The position numbers and the translations under genes were made by a program. 64,000 nt of DNA, taken from positions 29,698,001-29,762,000 of the forward strand of contig OX597827.1 of the NCBI GenBank assembly GCA_951406725.2, given 5' to 3'. The notes under the pieces were generated by a model. That model was given only the letters and a program-made list of their open reading frames with translations. It did not search any database and had not been told where the DNA came from. The DNA is from Octopus vulgaris (Eukaryota). Shown piece after piece: positions 39,340 to 54,090 of the stretch (positions within the stretch are counted from its first letter, which is position 1; the number at the start of each line of letters is the position of its first letter).

Positions 39340-39735
39340 TACGAAATCCTGAGCCAGTCATTGAAGGTAAAAATGTCACTATCCTCTGGGATTTTCCAGT
39401 CAACACCGACAAAACTATGCAGGCTAATCGACCAGACATAGTCATTAAAGAATGGGAAGAAAATACTTGTGGACTAATAGTTGTAAGTATTCCCACTGAC
39501 AAAAATATATCTGTCAAGGAATTTGACAAATTAAGTAAATATAAGGACCTGGAAATTGAAATACAAAAGATGTGGAATCTTAAGGCGAGAACCGTTCCTG
39601 TTATGTGGGTGACCTAGGTTTGATAAGAAAGGAATATCAGAAGCATCTAGATAATATTCCAGGAGAGCCATGTCTCAGAGAAATCCAAAAGATTGTGCTG
39701 ACAAGTACTGCCCACATCCTTAGAAAACCACTCCC
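39339..39735 (+). mobile_element. R4/Dong-clade LINE restriction-like endonuclease fragment abutting (TAA)n
   Basis: ILWDFPVNTDK..ANRPDIVI...KLSKYKDLEIEIQKMW...VPV..GLI...IQKIVLTSTAHILRK. Confidence 0.87.
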
Positions 39736-40009
39736 TCCTCAAGCCTTCAGTCATACTATAGCATCTCTTATCCTTCACTCGCCCCAAGACGCTGAGTCTC
39801 GTTATAAAACACGTAAACTTTTCTACTGTGTATTACGGCTATCCAGGGTTGAACAACTATCGCCAGGACTTCACCATATCTACCAGCATTAGTTATAAGA
39901 TTTTGTAGAAAGACATCAGGTAGAATGACATCAGCTTCGATATTCACCACTCCTACAACCATTCATACTTGCTGGAAACCGTGCCAACAAAAGGATGTAA
40001 ATCTGATAA

Positions 40010-40511
40010 TCTATATACTACTAAAACTCTGTGATTGCTTGCGTTCCTTCTTGTTTGCGTTCCTGCTTGTTTGCGTTCTTGCTTGTTTGCGTTCTTGCTT
40101 GTATGCGTTCTTGCTTGTGTGCGTGCTTCTCTATAATTTGATACAGCCAAACCGACGCATACTGGGAAAATACTCTGAAAGTAAGGTACCTTGAAATGTG
40201 AGTACAAACGGAATAAAAAAAGTTTCGCATAAATCGGACCACGGATTCCCGAGATATACGGTTTTTCTGAGGTTTGTTTCAAGAAATTTAAGCAGTGAAA
40301 CCTGGAGTTATTGCCCTTTACTCTGAACACTTTTATAAATCACCAAACCGGCACTAATAGGAAAATACTCTGAAAGTAAGGTACCATTCAAATGTGAATA
40401 GAAACAGAATAAAACAAGCTTCGCGTAAATCGGACCACGGATTCCCGAGATACGAAGATTTTTCATGGTACTTTTGACTGTTAGTGACCCAACGGGTCAT
40501 GGATAGTCTAG
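40010..40511 (+). mobile_element. Non-autonomous Helitron with internal microsatellite and ~110-bp internal direct repeat
   Basis: A|TCTATATACTACTAAAA start; 3' hairpin TGACCC-AAC-GGGTCA then CTAG; repeats at ~40156-40265 and ~40352-40460. Confidence 0.8.
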
Positions 40512-40628
40512 AATACGATTAAAATATACATAAATACATATGTACACATATATATATACACACGCATACGTACATATATAATACGCATATATGTATATGT
40601 ACACACACACATACATATACATATATAC

Positions 40629-40709
<81 letters not shown>

Positions 40710-40714
40710 TAGAT

Positions 40715-40783
<69 letters not shown>

Positions 40784-42032
40784 AGAATTTGGGGGTGGGT
40801 AGACAATACACCTGAATTTGGAAAAGGGGTAATTGTTTTTAACAACTACACGCTTTTCATGTTCAGGTGCATTTTCAAACACCGAAACAAATTCTCCAAT
40901 ATCGTTTCTTGCCTTGGAATACTCCTCTTCTTTCCTTCTTTCCTTTCCATAGATACATGTGTGTGTGTGTGTGTGTAAAATGTTAAATATAATACATTTA
41001 GGAGTATTAATCCCCTGAGACGAAAAAGGATGCAACAGGATCCCTCACATTCAAGGAATCACTCATATGAGTCTGTCGATTCCTCTTTAGAAAAACTCTG
41101 ACTTAGTAGAGCGTGAAAAGAAAATTAAGTGAACCATTTGAACACACTTTCATTTCCTGCCGTAGTTTATAAAGTTGCGTCCTTTCATGTCCTGTTTATT
41201 TCATATGCACGGAATTGAACCTCTTTAGATTTTTCCAAATCCTAGTTGAAAAAAAACAGGAAATTACTATTCTCTATCAGAAAACATCTAAATATTTACA
41301 ATATGTTCCAAACAAAACGTCAGATACACTTAACGTGTAAATAACCATTACCACAGATCGCTTGTTGTTTCTCGCACGACATCCAATTTTTTTTTTTAAA
41401 GTTTTACTCTTTTGATTCCATAGGTCAATTATTAGTGCACGATTTTGTAACACAGAGATCGTGACTTCGATCCACACTGGCGTCTGCTAAGTTGTTCGAG
41501 GTGGTGCCACAGTATGGCTGTAGTTCAAAGACTGAAACAAGTGAAATATATATTGTACGTTTTTCGCACTGGTTACGAATACCAAGGCCATTTTCTCTCT
41601 TTCATCTTTTGTATCTTTTTTTGTTTTGTTCTTTTTTCGAGCAATTTATACTAGTTTCAAACTTTGGCTTAACTTGTATTCTATAGATCCTCAAATGATG
41701 AAAGTAAAGAATTGTAAGAACCCACTGCCGGTCCTTACAATTCTAATAATTGGTTTTTGGTACCTCTAGTTGATCCGATCAACGGAACAGCCTTGTTCGT
41801 GAAATTAACGTGCAAGTGGCTGAGCACTCCACAGACACGTGTACCCTTAACGTAGTTCTCGGGGAGATTCAGCGTGACACAGATTGCGACAAGGCTGACC
41901 CTTTGAAATACAGGTACAACAGAAACAGGAAGAAAGAGTGTGAGAAAGTTGTGTGTGTGTGTGTGTGTGTGTGTGTGTCTGTCTGTCTGTTTGTCTATGT
42001 GTCTGTGTGTCTGTGTGTCTGTGTGCGTGTGT

Positions 42033-42091
<59 letters not shown>

Positions 42092-42333
42092 CGGCTTTGC
42101 CGTAGAAGTAACAATAACCAATAATGTTAAGTGTGGATTTCATCTTTAAAGCCAGCTTCGGAAAAATTGGATATATTTCGATCTTATTAGAACCCATCAG
42201 TGAAGCACATTCACCTCAGTGTTGATGACTGTATATAGAAATAGAAAGAATAATGACACTAATTCCATGTATTACATAACATGCATACACACATACATTC
42301 ATACAAACATACATTCATACACACATATATACA

Positions 42334-42381
<48 letters not shown>

Positions 42382-42781
42382 TATGGCTGTGTGGTAAGAA
42401 GCATAATTCCCAATCTCATGATTCCGGGTTTAGTATCACTTCGTAACCTTTGGATTCTGCTTTAGCCTTGGGCCTTTCAAATTCTTGTCTGTGCATTTGG
42501 TAAGTATGTGTGTGTGTGTGAGGGAGAGAGAGTTTGTGTTTATGTTTGTCCTTCAGCACCGCTTGACAACCGGTATTGGTTTGTTTAAGTCTCCATAACT
42601 TATCAGTTCGACATAAAATGGACAGACACAATAAGTACTAGGCATGAAAGATTACACGTACGTGGTTTGATTTCTGCGGCTAAATCATGACTGTGCCCCA
42701 GTATGGCCGCACTCTAATGACTGAAACAATTAAAAAGAGTAAAAGACAATATATATGAAACAACATCTTGACTCTAAAGAA

Positions 42782-42831
42782 CATCTGACGAAGGACGGAC
42801 GAGTACCAGATCCACGAAACTTTTAGCAATG
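42782..42831 (+). ncRNA. Decayed hammerhead-like motif
   Basis: cat-CTGACGA-aGGA...TCCac-GAAAC-tttta-GCA-atg; the cleavage triplet is non-canonical. Confidence 0.4.
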
Positions 42832-42925
42832 AGAAGCTGAATCAATCTGTTATTAAATACACCTGACTCCAACCTAACGTTTTGATTGTTATTATATTTC
42901 GTTTGTTCATTTATTTGTATATATG

Positions 42926-42976
<51 letters not shown>

Positions 42977-43047
42977 GAGTGTGTATAAAAGAAGAAAATG
43001 GAGACTGGGAAGTTAATAATTGTTTATTATTAACAGCAAATTTATCA

Positions 43048-43145
43048 TCTTCACTTAAAGCTGTTTCAATTAATACTCAGGAAATATTAAGTAAATATTA
43101 AATTTATATTTATATGATCTGAGCATAATATCTTCAGAGGGAAAA
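43048..43145 (-). ncRNA. Hammerhead ribozyme with long stem II, one stem III mutation, in a TA-flanked ~210-bp element (42975-43186)
   Basis: CUGAAGA-u-auuaugcucag...cugaguauuaau-u-GAAAC-AGCU-UUA; terminus aagaaaatggaga is shared with the 9851 element. Confidence 0.65.
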
Positions 43146-43180
43146 TATACCCTTGGATGTTTATGGACTCAGCATAGAAG

Positions 43181-44390
<1,210 letters not shown>

Positions 44391-45029
44391 TGTTAGCAAT
44401 TTAAACATGTTGATTTCCTGTATTTATTGTAGATGTGTATATGTAGGCAGAATATTGTTGCTTATGGTTTTTGCGATGGGGAAGTAACATTTTAATTTTT
44501 TATTTTCCAATTTCTACTTTTCATTTTTATTTTTATTTTTTTATTTTCACATTTTTGATTTTTGATTTTGGTATTTTTCTATTTTCTGTTTCTTATTTTT
44601 CTAATTGTTATTTTTCTATTTTTAATGCTAGCCTACTTGATAAGCAATCGAGCTTCTTGACACTCAGTTCTCATTAAAAAAAGAAACGCTTGTGAACTCA
44701 TTCACATAGGTAATCAGAAAGCATTTAGACCACATTTCAAGAGAAAGAAAAAAAAGAAAACCAGAGGGACGTAAAAAACACTTAACATGCACTAACATAA
44801 ACACCTGAGATACTTAACATATGTAAACAAACAGATACCTTCAGAGCACTTAACATGGGAAAAGAAAACAGGAACAGATTGTTGAAACGTCAGTATCTTG
44901 CAGGAGACCGTACAGTGTTAGTCAATGTTTCCCATGTGTGTACGTATATATGTGAGTGTTTTTTTGTGTGTGTATACGTATATATACACACACATACGTA
45001 CATATATACATATCTGCAAACACGTATAT

Positions 45030-45083
<54 letters not shown>

Positions 45084-45091
<8 letters not shown>

Positions 45092-45440
45092 GTTGTATAC
45101 TGTCAATCTAACACGAACGTGACAGTAGGGGGTCACCACTGCTGTTTAGCCCTAGGAAGCATCGACGCCTCCTGATGGCATTGACACATTTTTCCTGTGT
45201 CCTTATATACATTTACGAAGGGGAGACAAATATTTGTCTCCCCTTCGTAAATGTATATAAGGACACAGGAAAAATGTGTCGAAGCCAACAGGAGGCGTCG
45301 ATGCTTCCTAGGGCTAAACAGCGGTGGTGACCCCGCCCCCCTACTGTCACGTTCGTGTTAGATTGACAGTATACAACCATTCTATCGCCCCATCAACGTA
45401 CATGTCTCTACGAGAGATTTAGAAATTTAGTATTTCTGAT
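45084..45440 (+). mobile_element. Fold-back element forming a ~300-bp spacerless palindrome plus tail; same family as 59163-59698
   Basis: Arms 45084-45230 / 45232-45385 centred on ggagacaaatatttgtctcc; tail atgtctctacgagagatttagaaat. Confidence 0.9.
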
Positions 45441-45453
45441 ATATATATATATA

Positions 45454-45876
<423 letters not shown>

Positions 45877-45902
45877 AAAAAAGCAACAAGAATGGATTAA
45901 AA

Positions 45903-45989
45903 TCTCGGTACGATCGTTTCGTACGAGGACATCTTTAATAAGCTACAAAAAATGCAGTGAATACAGATGGCTCGTACTCGTCAGCCGAA
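45903..45989 (-). ncRNA. Type I hammerhead ribozyme, inverted copy
   Basis: Reverse complement of 46832-46917. Confidence 0.85.
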
Positions 45990-46831
45990 AAGACATCAGA
46001 GAATTCCCAAACATCAAAAGGGGTAGATACAAAAGAGGTTGTAAGATTAACTGCATTGAAGAAAGTTCGATTCATGGAGATCCGATGAAAGGTTTTAAAC
46101 TTATAGAATTTGTGCATGTCTACATATAGCTCATATTGAATTTTTAATCAAGTTGTGTGAAGAGATTTAGGGTACAATCATGCGAAAATATCAGGGAATC
46201 CGAATGAGAAGCAACTTGTGTCCATCCCCTTAGCTTCCCCTTTCCTTTCTCTTTGATAGCTTTAATAGCAGTAACTGATTAAATTCCACTTCCTTCCTCC
46301 TCTCTCTGTGATTCTTGTAAAGTTCATTAACAACCTGCACCTCTACAATATAAGACTGTCATTTTGCTTCTCATCCGGATTCCCTGATATTTTCGCATGA
46401 TTGTACCCTAAATCTCTTCACAAAACTGGATTATGAACTATAAGGACATGCACATATTCTGTAAGTTCAAGACTTTTTATCGGATCTCCAAGAATCGAAC
46501 TTATCTGCGATTCTTGTAAATTTCAATAACAATCTGTTCCTCTACACGATATGACAGTCACTTTGCTTTTACTCAGACTTTCCTCTACATGATAAGGCAG
46601 TCACTTTGCCTCTTACTCGGATTTTCAGAAATTTTGCATGACTGTATCCGAAAATTTCTTCACACAACTTGATTAAAAATTCAATATGAGCTATATGTAG
46701 ACATGCACAAATTCTATAAGTTTAAAACCTTTCATCGGATCTCCATGAATCGAACTTTCTTCAATGCAGTTAATCTTACAACCTCTTTTGTATCTACCCC
46801 TTTTGATGTTTGGGAATTCTCTGATGTTTTT

Positions 46832-46917
46832 TCGGCTGACGAGTACGAGTCATCTGTATTCACTGCATTTTTTGTAGCTTATTAAAGATGTCCTCGTACG
46901 AAACGATCGTACCGAGA
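46832..46917 (+). ncRNA. Type I hammerhead ribozyme with perfect core; predicted cleavage after GUA at 46911
   Basis: tcgg-CTGACGA-GTACGAG...CTCGTAC-GAAAC-GATC-GTA-ccga; palindromic stem III ACGATCGT. Confidence 0.9.
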
Positions 46918-47064
46918 TTTTAATCCATTCTTGTTGCTTTTTTCCTATTTGTAATCACCCCACTTGTCGTATGGGTAACACCATATAGATTTCCGGTGCA
47001 TCCTAGTTAAGGACCATATTCATGTGAATTCTTTAGAATTCACTTGAATCTCAATTACTTAACC

Positions 47065-47115
<51 letters not shown>

Positions 47116-48129
47116 CATATTTACATATATATATATATATCCATTCTTACAAATTTAGTTATATATATGTTATTGTTGTTGCTGTTGTTGTTGTTGTTGC
47201 TGCTGCTGCTGATGCTGCTGATGCTGTTGTTGTTGTTGTTGTTGTTGTTGTTCTTGTTCTTGTTCTTGTTATTGTTCTTCTTCGATTTTACTATAAGGTC
47301 AACCCAAACCCAGCCATCCTACGGTCAAAGACATTCCAGCCGGCATTACGTTGTTTTGCATAACCTTTTGAATTTTGAGTCCGTGTGTATGTGTGCTTCT
47401 TTTTTAAAAATAGGTTCAGCATGTAAGCCTCAGTTTTATGTTTATAGTGTCGGCCATGGTCCGTGTTGTTTATGATTTTCTCAAGGTAAGAATTCATTGA
47501 TCTCGTTTCCTTTTTATTTGTTACGTCGTCCCAATGGTCTTTAGGGATAACTGAAAATCTTTTGTCAGCCATGTTTGCCTTTTGCCACAACTGTTTGGCT
47601 CTGAAGTTCGAATGGATGGTTTATTTTAGATCCTAGTAGTTCTTCATACTTTTCATGCAACCTATCAAGGGATCTTCCCAGACCTTTTTATAGAATTGAT
47701 ACAAATCTTTGTCCGATTCAAAGGTTCATGGCTGTTCCTCTCAATAGTTTAGTGACCTGCGACAGCTGACCTCAGTCTCCTGTTCAGCCACGGTTTATGT
47801 TGTAGCAAAACCATTTCTTGATTTTCAGTTAATTGATTACGGCCATGATAGTCTATAACAAAAGATGCCTATTCGTATTGATCCATAAAAATTAATTTTA
47901 CGATAGGCTTGTATTAAAGTTAAAATTTCTAGGGGATGGTATTCATTACAGAACAACAAATATCCACTTTATGCCAACGCGACACATTTCGACGACATAT
48001 TATGTATGTATGTATGTATGTATGTATGTATGTATGTATGTATGTATGTATGTATGTACTTATGTACGTACGTATATCTCTTGTAATTTTTAATTATTAT
48101 AAATCTTCCATTAAGGAGGGAGCCGGTTT

Positions 48130-48712
48130 CCAACAAAGGTTCAAGGCTTAATCATTGGGATGTAGTTAACACAGACAAATTCACATTTGGAACTTGCATA
48201 TTTTTACTGTTCCACTCACTGATTGCACAAATTAGCCGGTCGATTTCTCTTTCTGAAAATCCTAGCTTATCCAGATTCTCCTTTAAGCAATTACTAACAA
48301 AACCTAATGCTACAATTATTATTGGTATAAATATGAATTCATAGTCTAGATATAGAAGCTGGAGGTTTCTAAGCAGTTGTCCATAGATATCCTCTTTTTC
48401 TTTGATTTTCAAAGAGATATTTATGTCTACAGGGCAGCTGACCATTATGATGGTACATACCTTTGCCCCTCTGTCCCAAGTAACAATATCCGATCTGATA
48501 TGTTTACATTTGACAGAAATTTTGGTGGTAATATTCTACCAGTATTCCTTGAGTTTATGAATGTATTCCATAACAGAGTGATTTTCTAAGTTTACTTCAG
48601 GACTGTCTTTTTTGCAGATGGCATATTGTAAATTGCTTTAGCAACAACATTGTTCTGCATAAGGCTGTAGTACCGTGACGACATTTTAGGATAGCTGCTA
48701 ATCACATGTCTG
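48130..48712 (-). mobile_element. Second R4-like (RLE) LINE 3' fragment, different family
   Basis: HVISSYPKMSSRYY...NVVAKAIY; VSCPVDINI..K.KEKEDIYGQLLRNLQLLY...FIPIIIVALG. Confidence 0.75.
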
Positions 48713-49499
48713 ATGTATGTATGTATGTATGTATGTATGTATGTATGTATGTATGTATGTATGTATGTATGTATGTATGTATGTATGCATGTATGTATAT
48801 ACGTATGTATGTATATACGTATGTATGTATAGATATATGTATGTATAGATGTATGTATGTATGAATGTATGTATGTATGTATATATGTTGGTAAGCCTTA
48901 AAAATAAACTTTGACTTCAGATCGTCTGATACAAAGCTTCTTCCTTCTTCTTTGACATATACAACGATGGTCTTTGCTCGTCAAACATAGTTGTTTTTGC
49001 ATCTCCACTCTCACCATCTCAACACATTCGTTTCATTAGTTCTCTTCACAAATATTCTCCCTCCACCTCTTTCAGGTCCCACACTAACCACTATACCCTC
49101 ACTTTTCTTCCCACATCTGTAATTGATTGATGTTTCTTTCTTTAGATGGCTGAAAAGACTTAGAATAGGAAAGAGCGGAAAAGAGTAAATTTTACATATG
49201 GTTCATATCTTTTAACAGAGTAAAAATTCTTTCAACCGCCTGGCCATTATCAAAAGTTTGATTCTGAATCAATACACAAAAACACAAAGCAGCATCCCCA
49301 AAACTGTTTCCATTCCCACTCTGATCAGATGCTGACATCATCGGCGCAGGCTTGTCTGTGTGGTAAGAAGTTTGCTTATCAGCCACATAGTTCTAGATTC
49401 AGTACCACAGCGTGGAACCTTGATGGGTGTCTTCTAGTAGCCTCGGGCCGACCGAAGTGTTAAGCGGATTTGGTTGATGGATATTAAAGGAAACCCATC

Positions 49500-49557
<58 letters not shown>

Positions 49558-49558
49558 T

Positions 49559-49778
49559 CTGGGTTGGCCAAAGTCACCCGACAGTAAATTAAAATTTCAT
49601 AAATACTATCTGTAATTCTGTATTGACTCGAATGGGAAAATGGCGTCGATCAAGGAATTCAGTTTCAACAATTTTCATGATGTTTCATTTTTTATTAAAT
49701 TCATTCAGTTGTTAAACATAAATAAATATTGGAATCAAATGGTTTTCATTTGCTGTCAGGTGATTTTGGCCAACCCTG
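49559..49778. mobile_element. Tc1/mariner-type MITE
   Basis: TIR gggttggccaaagtcacccgacagtaaat / atttgctgtcaggtgattttggccaaccc. Confidence 0.8.
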
Positions 49779-50024
49779 TGTATATATATATTAGGACACC
49801 CTTTGGTCATGAATAACCAAAGGATTGCACCTAGAAGGTTCCCCTCCGAGACACAAGTCTGGGTAAGTTTGTGTCTGGAAGACCAGTAGTCGCCTATGTA
49901 TACTAGCCTCCTGTCTCCACGCAACCAATGTTATCCGAAGGAAAGATAAACGCCGCTACAGCTTGGCACCAGTGACGTCGCAACTCATTTCTACAGATGA
50001 GTGAGCTGGAGCAACGTGAAATAA

Positions 50025-50057
<33 letters not shown>

Positions 50058-50121
50058 ATTTGGCTCAAAAGCAAATAGCAAGGCCATGTAGGGGGACATG
50101 GAGTTAAGTACAGGGTGGTGT

Positions 50122-53004
50122 TCATATAAAGAGTTCAGGACACTTGAGGTCAAGGGAGGCTTTGAACAAAGCGGTCGTCGGCATCTTCACCATCTCGTCT
50201 GGCAGCTTGTTCCACGGATCCGCAACCCGGACGGAGAAAGCTCCTCTCCGATTGAGATGAAATCGTCGCAGGTAGAGCTTTTCGGAATGACCCCGCAGCC
50301 GACGCTCTGGAGCAGGAGTGAAGAACAGCTCTTTCGAGAGGTTACACTTTCCGCTTATGATGCTGTGGGCGAGAATGAGATCACCACGGCGGCGGCGTTT
50401 TTCAAGAGAATAAAGGTCGAGCGTCCTCAGCCTTTCTTCGTAGGACAAATTTTTGAGACCATGAACCATGCGGGTAGCCAGCTTCTGGACTCTTTCGAGA
50501 TGCTGTATGTCTTTGAGGAGATAAGGAGAAGAGGCTTGAATCCCATACTCCAATATGGGTCTCACCAGCGTGACATAGAGTGGTAGGAATATGGCTGCTG
50601 TGAGCATTCCGAATGACCGTCGAATCAAGAACAGAATTCCGCGTGCTTTGTTGGCAGCATGGACGCACTGGGCCGAAGGCGAAAAGGAGGAATCCACCAA
50701 GATACCCAGGTCCTTTACCTGATCGGTCCTCTCCAGCAGCAGACGACCCGGCTCCAAATCAAGTTGAGTTGCAGGAGGAGAGCCAACAGGCAGATGACAG
50801 CACTTTGACACGTTCAGACACAGGTCCCAATCGTTAGACCACTTCCAAATTTGGTGGAGGCATCGACGAAGATCCTCTATATTACCGCGAGGAGCGACCA
50901 GTTTGATATCGTCGGCAAATAGAAGGGTGTGTTGCGTGAGGTCGTCGGGCAAGTCATTTATGAAGACTAAAAAGAACAAGGGCCCAAGCACTGAACCTTG
51001 AGGCACGCCACTGCTCGCACTGGAGACGTCGGACCGCGAACCATTAACTTGGACTTGGAAGGAGCGATCTGAGAGGAAGGCACCAACCCATCGTACAATA
51101 TCCGGATGGAAACTATATGCTTGAAGCTTGACAATTAATAGGCGGTGGTTTACCGAGTCAAAAGCTTTGGCAAAGTCCAATAAAACGATGTCAACAGCAT
51201 CACTATCATCGAGGATGCGCGTCACCAATTCTTCCATTACTAGTAAGTTGGTCAAGCATGATCTCTTCGGCACGAAACCGTGTTGGGAATCAGAGATAGA
51301 GGCTGTGTTTAGGAGGTGGAGCATCATACTTTTCTTAAGGATGGTTTCGAACATCTTGCTGATTATTGATGTAAGGGAAACCGGTCGGTAGTTAAGCGGG
51401 TCTTCGCGGCTCCCTTTCTTGAAAATTGGGCAGATTATCGCTGTTCTCCAGTCTGCAGGTATAACACCCGTCGCCAATGACATATTGAATAGTCGTGTTA
51501 AGGGCTCGCAGATGACCGGAGCCAACGCTTTGATAACCCGTGGGTGTATGCCGTCAGGGCCGTGACCCTTGTTGACATCGAGGCCTTGAATAACACGTTT
51601 GACTTCGTCCCGCGTGATGACCAATCGAAGCATTGGAGGTACCGATCTATCAACTGGAGGGGGTTCACGACCATCATCTTGTTTGAAAATAGTTGAAAAG
51701 GCCTCGGCAAATAATTGACTCTGTTGATAAGGGTCCTCAATCGATACGCCTGTTGAGTCTACCAACGTTGCAATCTGGTTGTTCAAGCGGGAATTCCGCT
51801 GGACATGGGCAAAGAAGGTTTTTGGATTGCTACTGGCATTTGCCGCGATTTTGTATTCATAACTGAAGCGTTCTTTCTTTTCAATTTTCACGGCTCGGTC
51901 TCGTTGAGTTTTGTACACCTCAAAAGCTGCAGTCGAATCCAGATTTTTGAATTCAGCCCCAGCAATATCTCTGAGTCGACGTTCTCGTTTAACCTTCTTC
52001 GTCACCCAGGGCTTGTGTTTCTTCTTGGGAAGCCCAACGGGAACTGCTTGGTCAGTCAAACAGATTACATATGCTTTGAGGGATGACCATAGTTCGTCAA
52101 CTGAGGACAACGTCATCAGGTATCGCCAGTCCAGAAGCGCGGAAGCCTCGGTTAGAATTTCAAGATTAATTGCAAAGAAGACTCTACGTGGCAGCGAAGT
52201 AGTCGTGGGCGTAGAAAAAGTTGTGTGCATGACGAACTTCAGGACCGCATGATCACTCTTGGCAAGAGGGGCGCACACAGATACGTCTGACACTGATCTT
52301 GGATAGTGGGAGAATACCAGATCTAGCATAGATGGCTGCTGCCCAGACCGATGCCTTGTCGGATATTCAACATGTTGCGATAGAAAACAATCTTCAGCCA
52401 CGTCAAGAAGGGCCTGGCCGAACCGGGAAGATGTTGTACAAATTGATGCGGGCCAATCGATCGTGGGAGCGTTGAAGTCTCCTACTACCAAACAGTCATG
52501 CGAAGCTGAAACGAATCTTATCGCTTCGAGTAAATGAGCATCGTCCTGGGGGTCGGCAAGAGGCGGCCTGTAGACAGCCAACACGGGCAGGCAAAACTCA
52601 GATAGGCTCAGCTTGCAATAGACGGCATCGAATTTTGTTGTAGGTTGAGCATTAGTGGGTAGAATACCGCTGGACGGTTTGTGCTCAGACTTAACATACA
52701 CAGCAACACCTCCACCTCGCCTTTTTCCTCTGTCACATCTGAAAAGAACGTAGCCCTGCAGGTGGATTTCTGAGTCCTTTACTGCTTGAGTCAGCCAAGT
52801 CTCGGTGATAGCTATCACATCAGGGGAGTCACGTATGGCCAGTGTAAATAGTTCACTGAACTTTGGGAATAAGGAGCACGAGTTGGTGTAGACGATGCTG
52901 AGCTGTGAAGTCTGAGGGGCGGGAGTTGGGGAACAAGCAGAATAAGGGGTATCAGAGATAGCATCGTTGACGGGGGTATCAAGTTCACTTCGATTTGCCC
53001 TCAC
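50122..53004 (-). CDS. LINE ORF2 protein: AP endonuclease plus reverse transcriptase, 960 codons, uninterrupted
   Basis: YTN, IAITETWL, VYRPP, VGDFN, SDH; GPDGIHP, NYRPVSLTS, QHGF, DFAKAFDSV, SGVPQGSVLGP, FADD, KDLG, LRGH. Confidence 0.95.
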   Translation of the reverse strand: MRANRSELDTPVNDAISDTPYSACSPTPAPQTSQLSIVYTNSCSLFPKFSELFTLAIRDSPDVIAITETWLTQAVKDSEIHLQGYVLFRCDRGKRRGGGVAVYVKSEHKPSSGILPTNAQPTTKFDAVYCKLSLSEFCLPVLAVYRPPLADPQDDAHLLEAIRFVSASHDCLVVGDFNAPTIDWPASICTTSSRFGQALLDVAEDCFLSQHVEYPTRHRSGQQPSMLDLVFSHYPRSVSDVSVCAPLAKSDHAVLKFVMHTTFSTPTTTSLPRRVFFAINLEILTEASALLDWRYLMTLSSVDELWSSLKAYVICLTDQAVPVGLPKKKHKPWVTKKVKRERRLRDIAGAEFKNLDSTAAFEVYKTQRDRAVKIEKKERFSYEYKIAANASSNPKTFFAHVQRNSRLNNQIATLVDSTGVSIEDPYQQSQLFAEAFSTIFKQDDGREPPPVDRSVPPMLRLVITRDEVKRVIQGLDVNKGHGPDGIHPRVIKALAPVICEPLTRLFNMSLATGVIPADWRTAIICPIFKKGSREDPLNYRPVSLTSIISKMFETILKKSMMLHLLNTASISDSQHGFVPKRSCLTNLLVMEELVTRILDDSDAVDIVLLDFAKAFDSVNHRLLIVKLQAYSFHPDIVRWVGAFLSDRSFQVQVNGSRSDVSSASSGVPQGSVLGPLFFLVFINDLPDDLTQHTLLFADDIKLVAPRGNIEDLRRCLHQIWKWSNDWDLCLNVSKCCHLPVGSPPATQLDLEPGRLLLERTDQVKDLGILVDSSFSPSAQCVHAANKARGILFLIRRSFGMLTAAIFLPLYVTLVRPILEYGIQASSPYLLKDIQHLERVQKLATRMVHGLKNLSYEERLRTLDLYSLEKRRRRGDLILAHSIISGKCNLSKELFFTPAPERRLRGHSEKLYLRRFHLNRRGAFSVRVADPWNKLPDEMVKMPTTALFKASLDLKCPELFI

Positions 53005-54090
53005 ATAACTTTCCCTGTCAGCACTACAGCATGGGACCAGAGGTAGGACTTGATTATCTGTCCATCTTGGATTCGTAAACCCTTCTCTCCCATTTGTTTC
53101 CTCATCTTTAGTTCGGATATTAGGTTTCTCCGGCGAATTCTCTCTCTTAGTGAGTATTCCTCGCGAAAACCCATATTGGGGTCCTCCCAGGCATGCGTCT
53201 GAGCTCTGTTCAAAAAGACTGAAGTCTCCCGATCGGAAGAAAAGATTACCCTTATTGGGCGTGGTCTAGTATCTGAGGTTGGGTTCGCTTGGAATCTTCC
53301 TAGCCGAGCGACCTTATGGACACTGACATTTTCGTTCACAGAGAACAATTCTCCAACTAAAATGGAAACAAAATTAATGCCATCTTTTAGGCGGTTTATG
53401 CCTGTATCACAGGTGGATTCAGCTTTACCATAAATTATTGCTGATCTTGAGTGGGCAAAATGTTCTCTACTATGAGCTGCGGTATTCGATTCTTCATTGG
53501 AAGATTTCGAAAGGGTGGTTTCATAGCCATCGGACTTATGTCGGCCTGTGGGGTCGATCGGAATGGGTTTAGTGGTCATAATTTTCCCGCCTGGTTTGGA
53601 ACTGCACTGCCTCTTCTTCGGTTTGGGGGAGCACCACTCCCCAGATGAACTCATATCGAGATCGTTCAGAATTGGTTGAGCAATGGCATTAATGGGAAGG
53701 ACAAGTGAGGGAGAATCCAAACAGATTTTATCGTGATCAGGTTTCATAGCTAAATCTGCCCCACTGGAGTTTTGACTACGTTTCTTCTTTTGGGGAGAAC
53801 AACGGTCTTCAGGAACGATCATGTGCAGAAACGACCGCCGGTTCCTTCGCCTTCTTTGGCCGCTTCGATTTTGTTCCCTTCGGATTGGACGTCTCCAGGG
53901 AAGAAATCAAGGGTGACTCTGCGTCAACAGGAGACTGTTTATTCAGTAAGAGAGCAACAACAGACTTTAGGTGCTCGACCTCTTGTTTGAGCAACAGCAA
54001 CTGCTCGTTGAGCTGACTATTGGTAGGACCATCATCTTGATGAGAAGCCCTTCTTGCAGATCTCAGTTTCGATCCGTAGGTAGCTGACAT
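53001..54090 (-). pseudogene. CR1-type ORF1 with one frameshift near 53815
   Basis: N-terminal coiled coil (LNEQLLLLKQEVEHLK); C-terminal RLGR...RPRPIRVIF...ERIRRRNLISELK..GEKGLRI, typical of CR1/L2 ORF1. Confidence 0.75.

Noticed and set aside
44833-44898. agatac...GAAACGTC-agtatct hammerhead-like remnant
   Set aside because: The 5' core reads CTTCAGA and stem II is weak; too decayed to call.
47440-49340. Possible old RTE fragments at ~47470-47800 and ~48950-49340 (minus)
   Set aside because: Only vague motif similarity; cannot be supported by eye.
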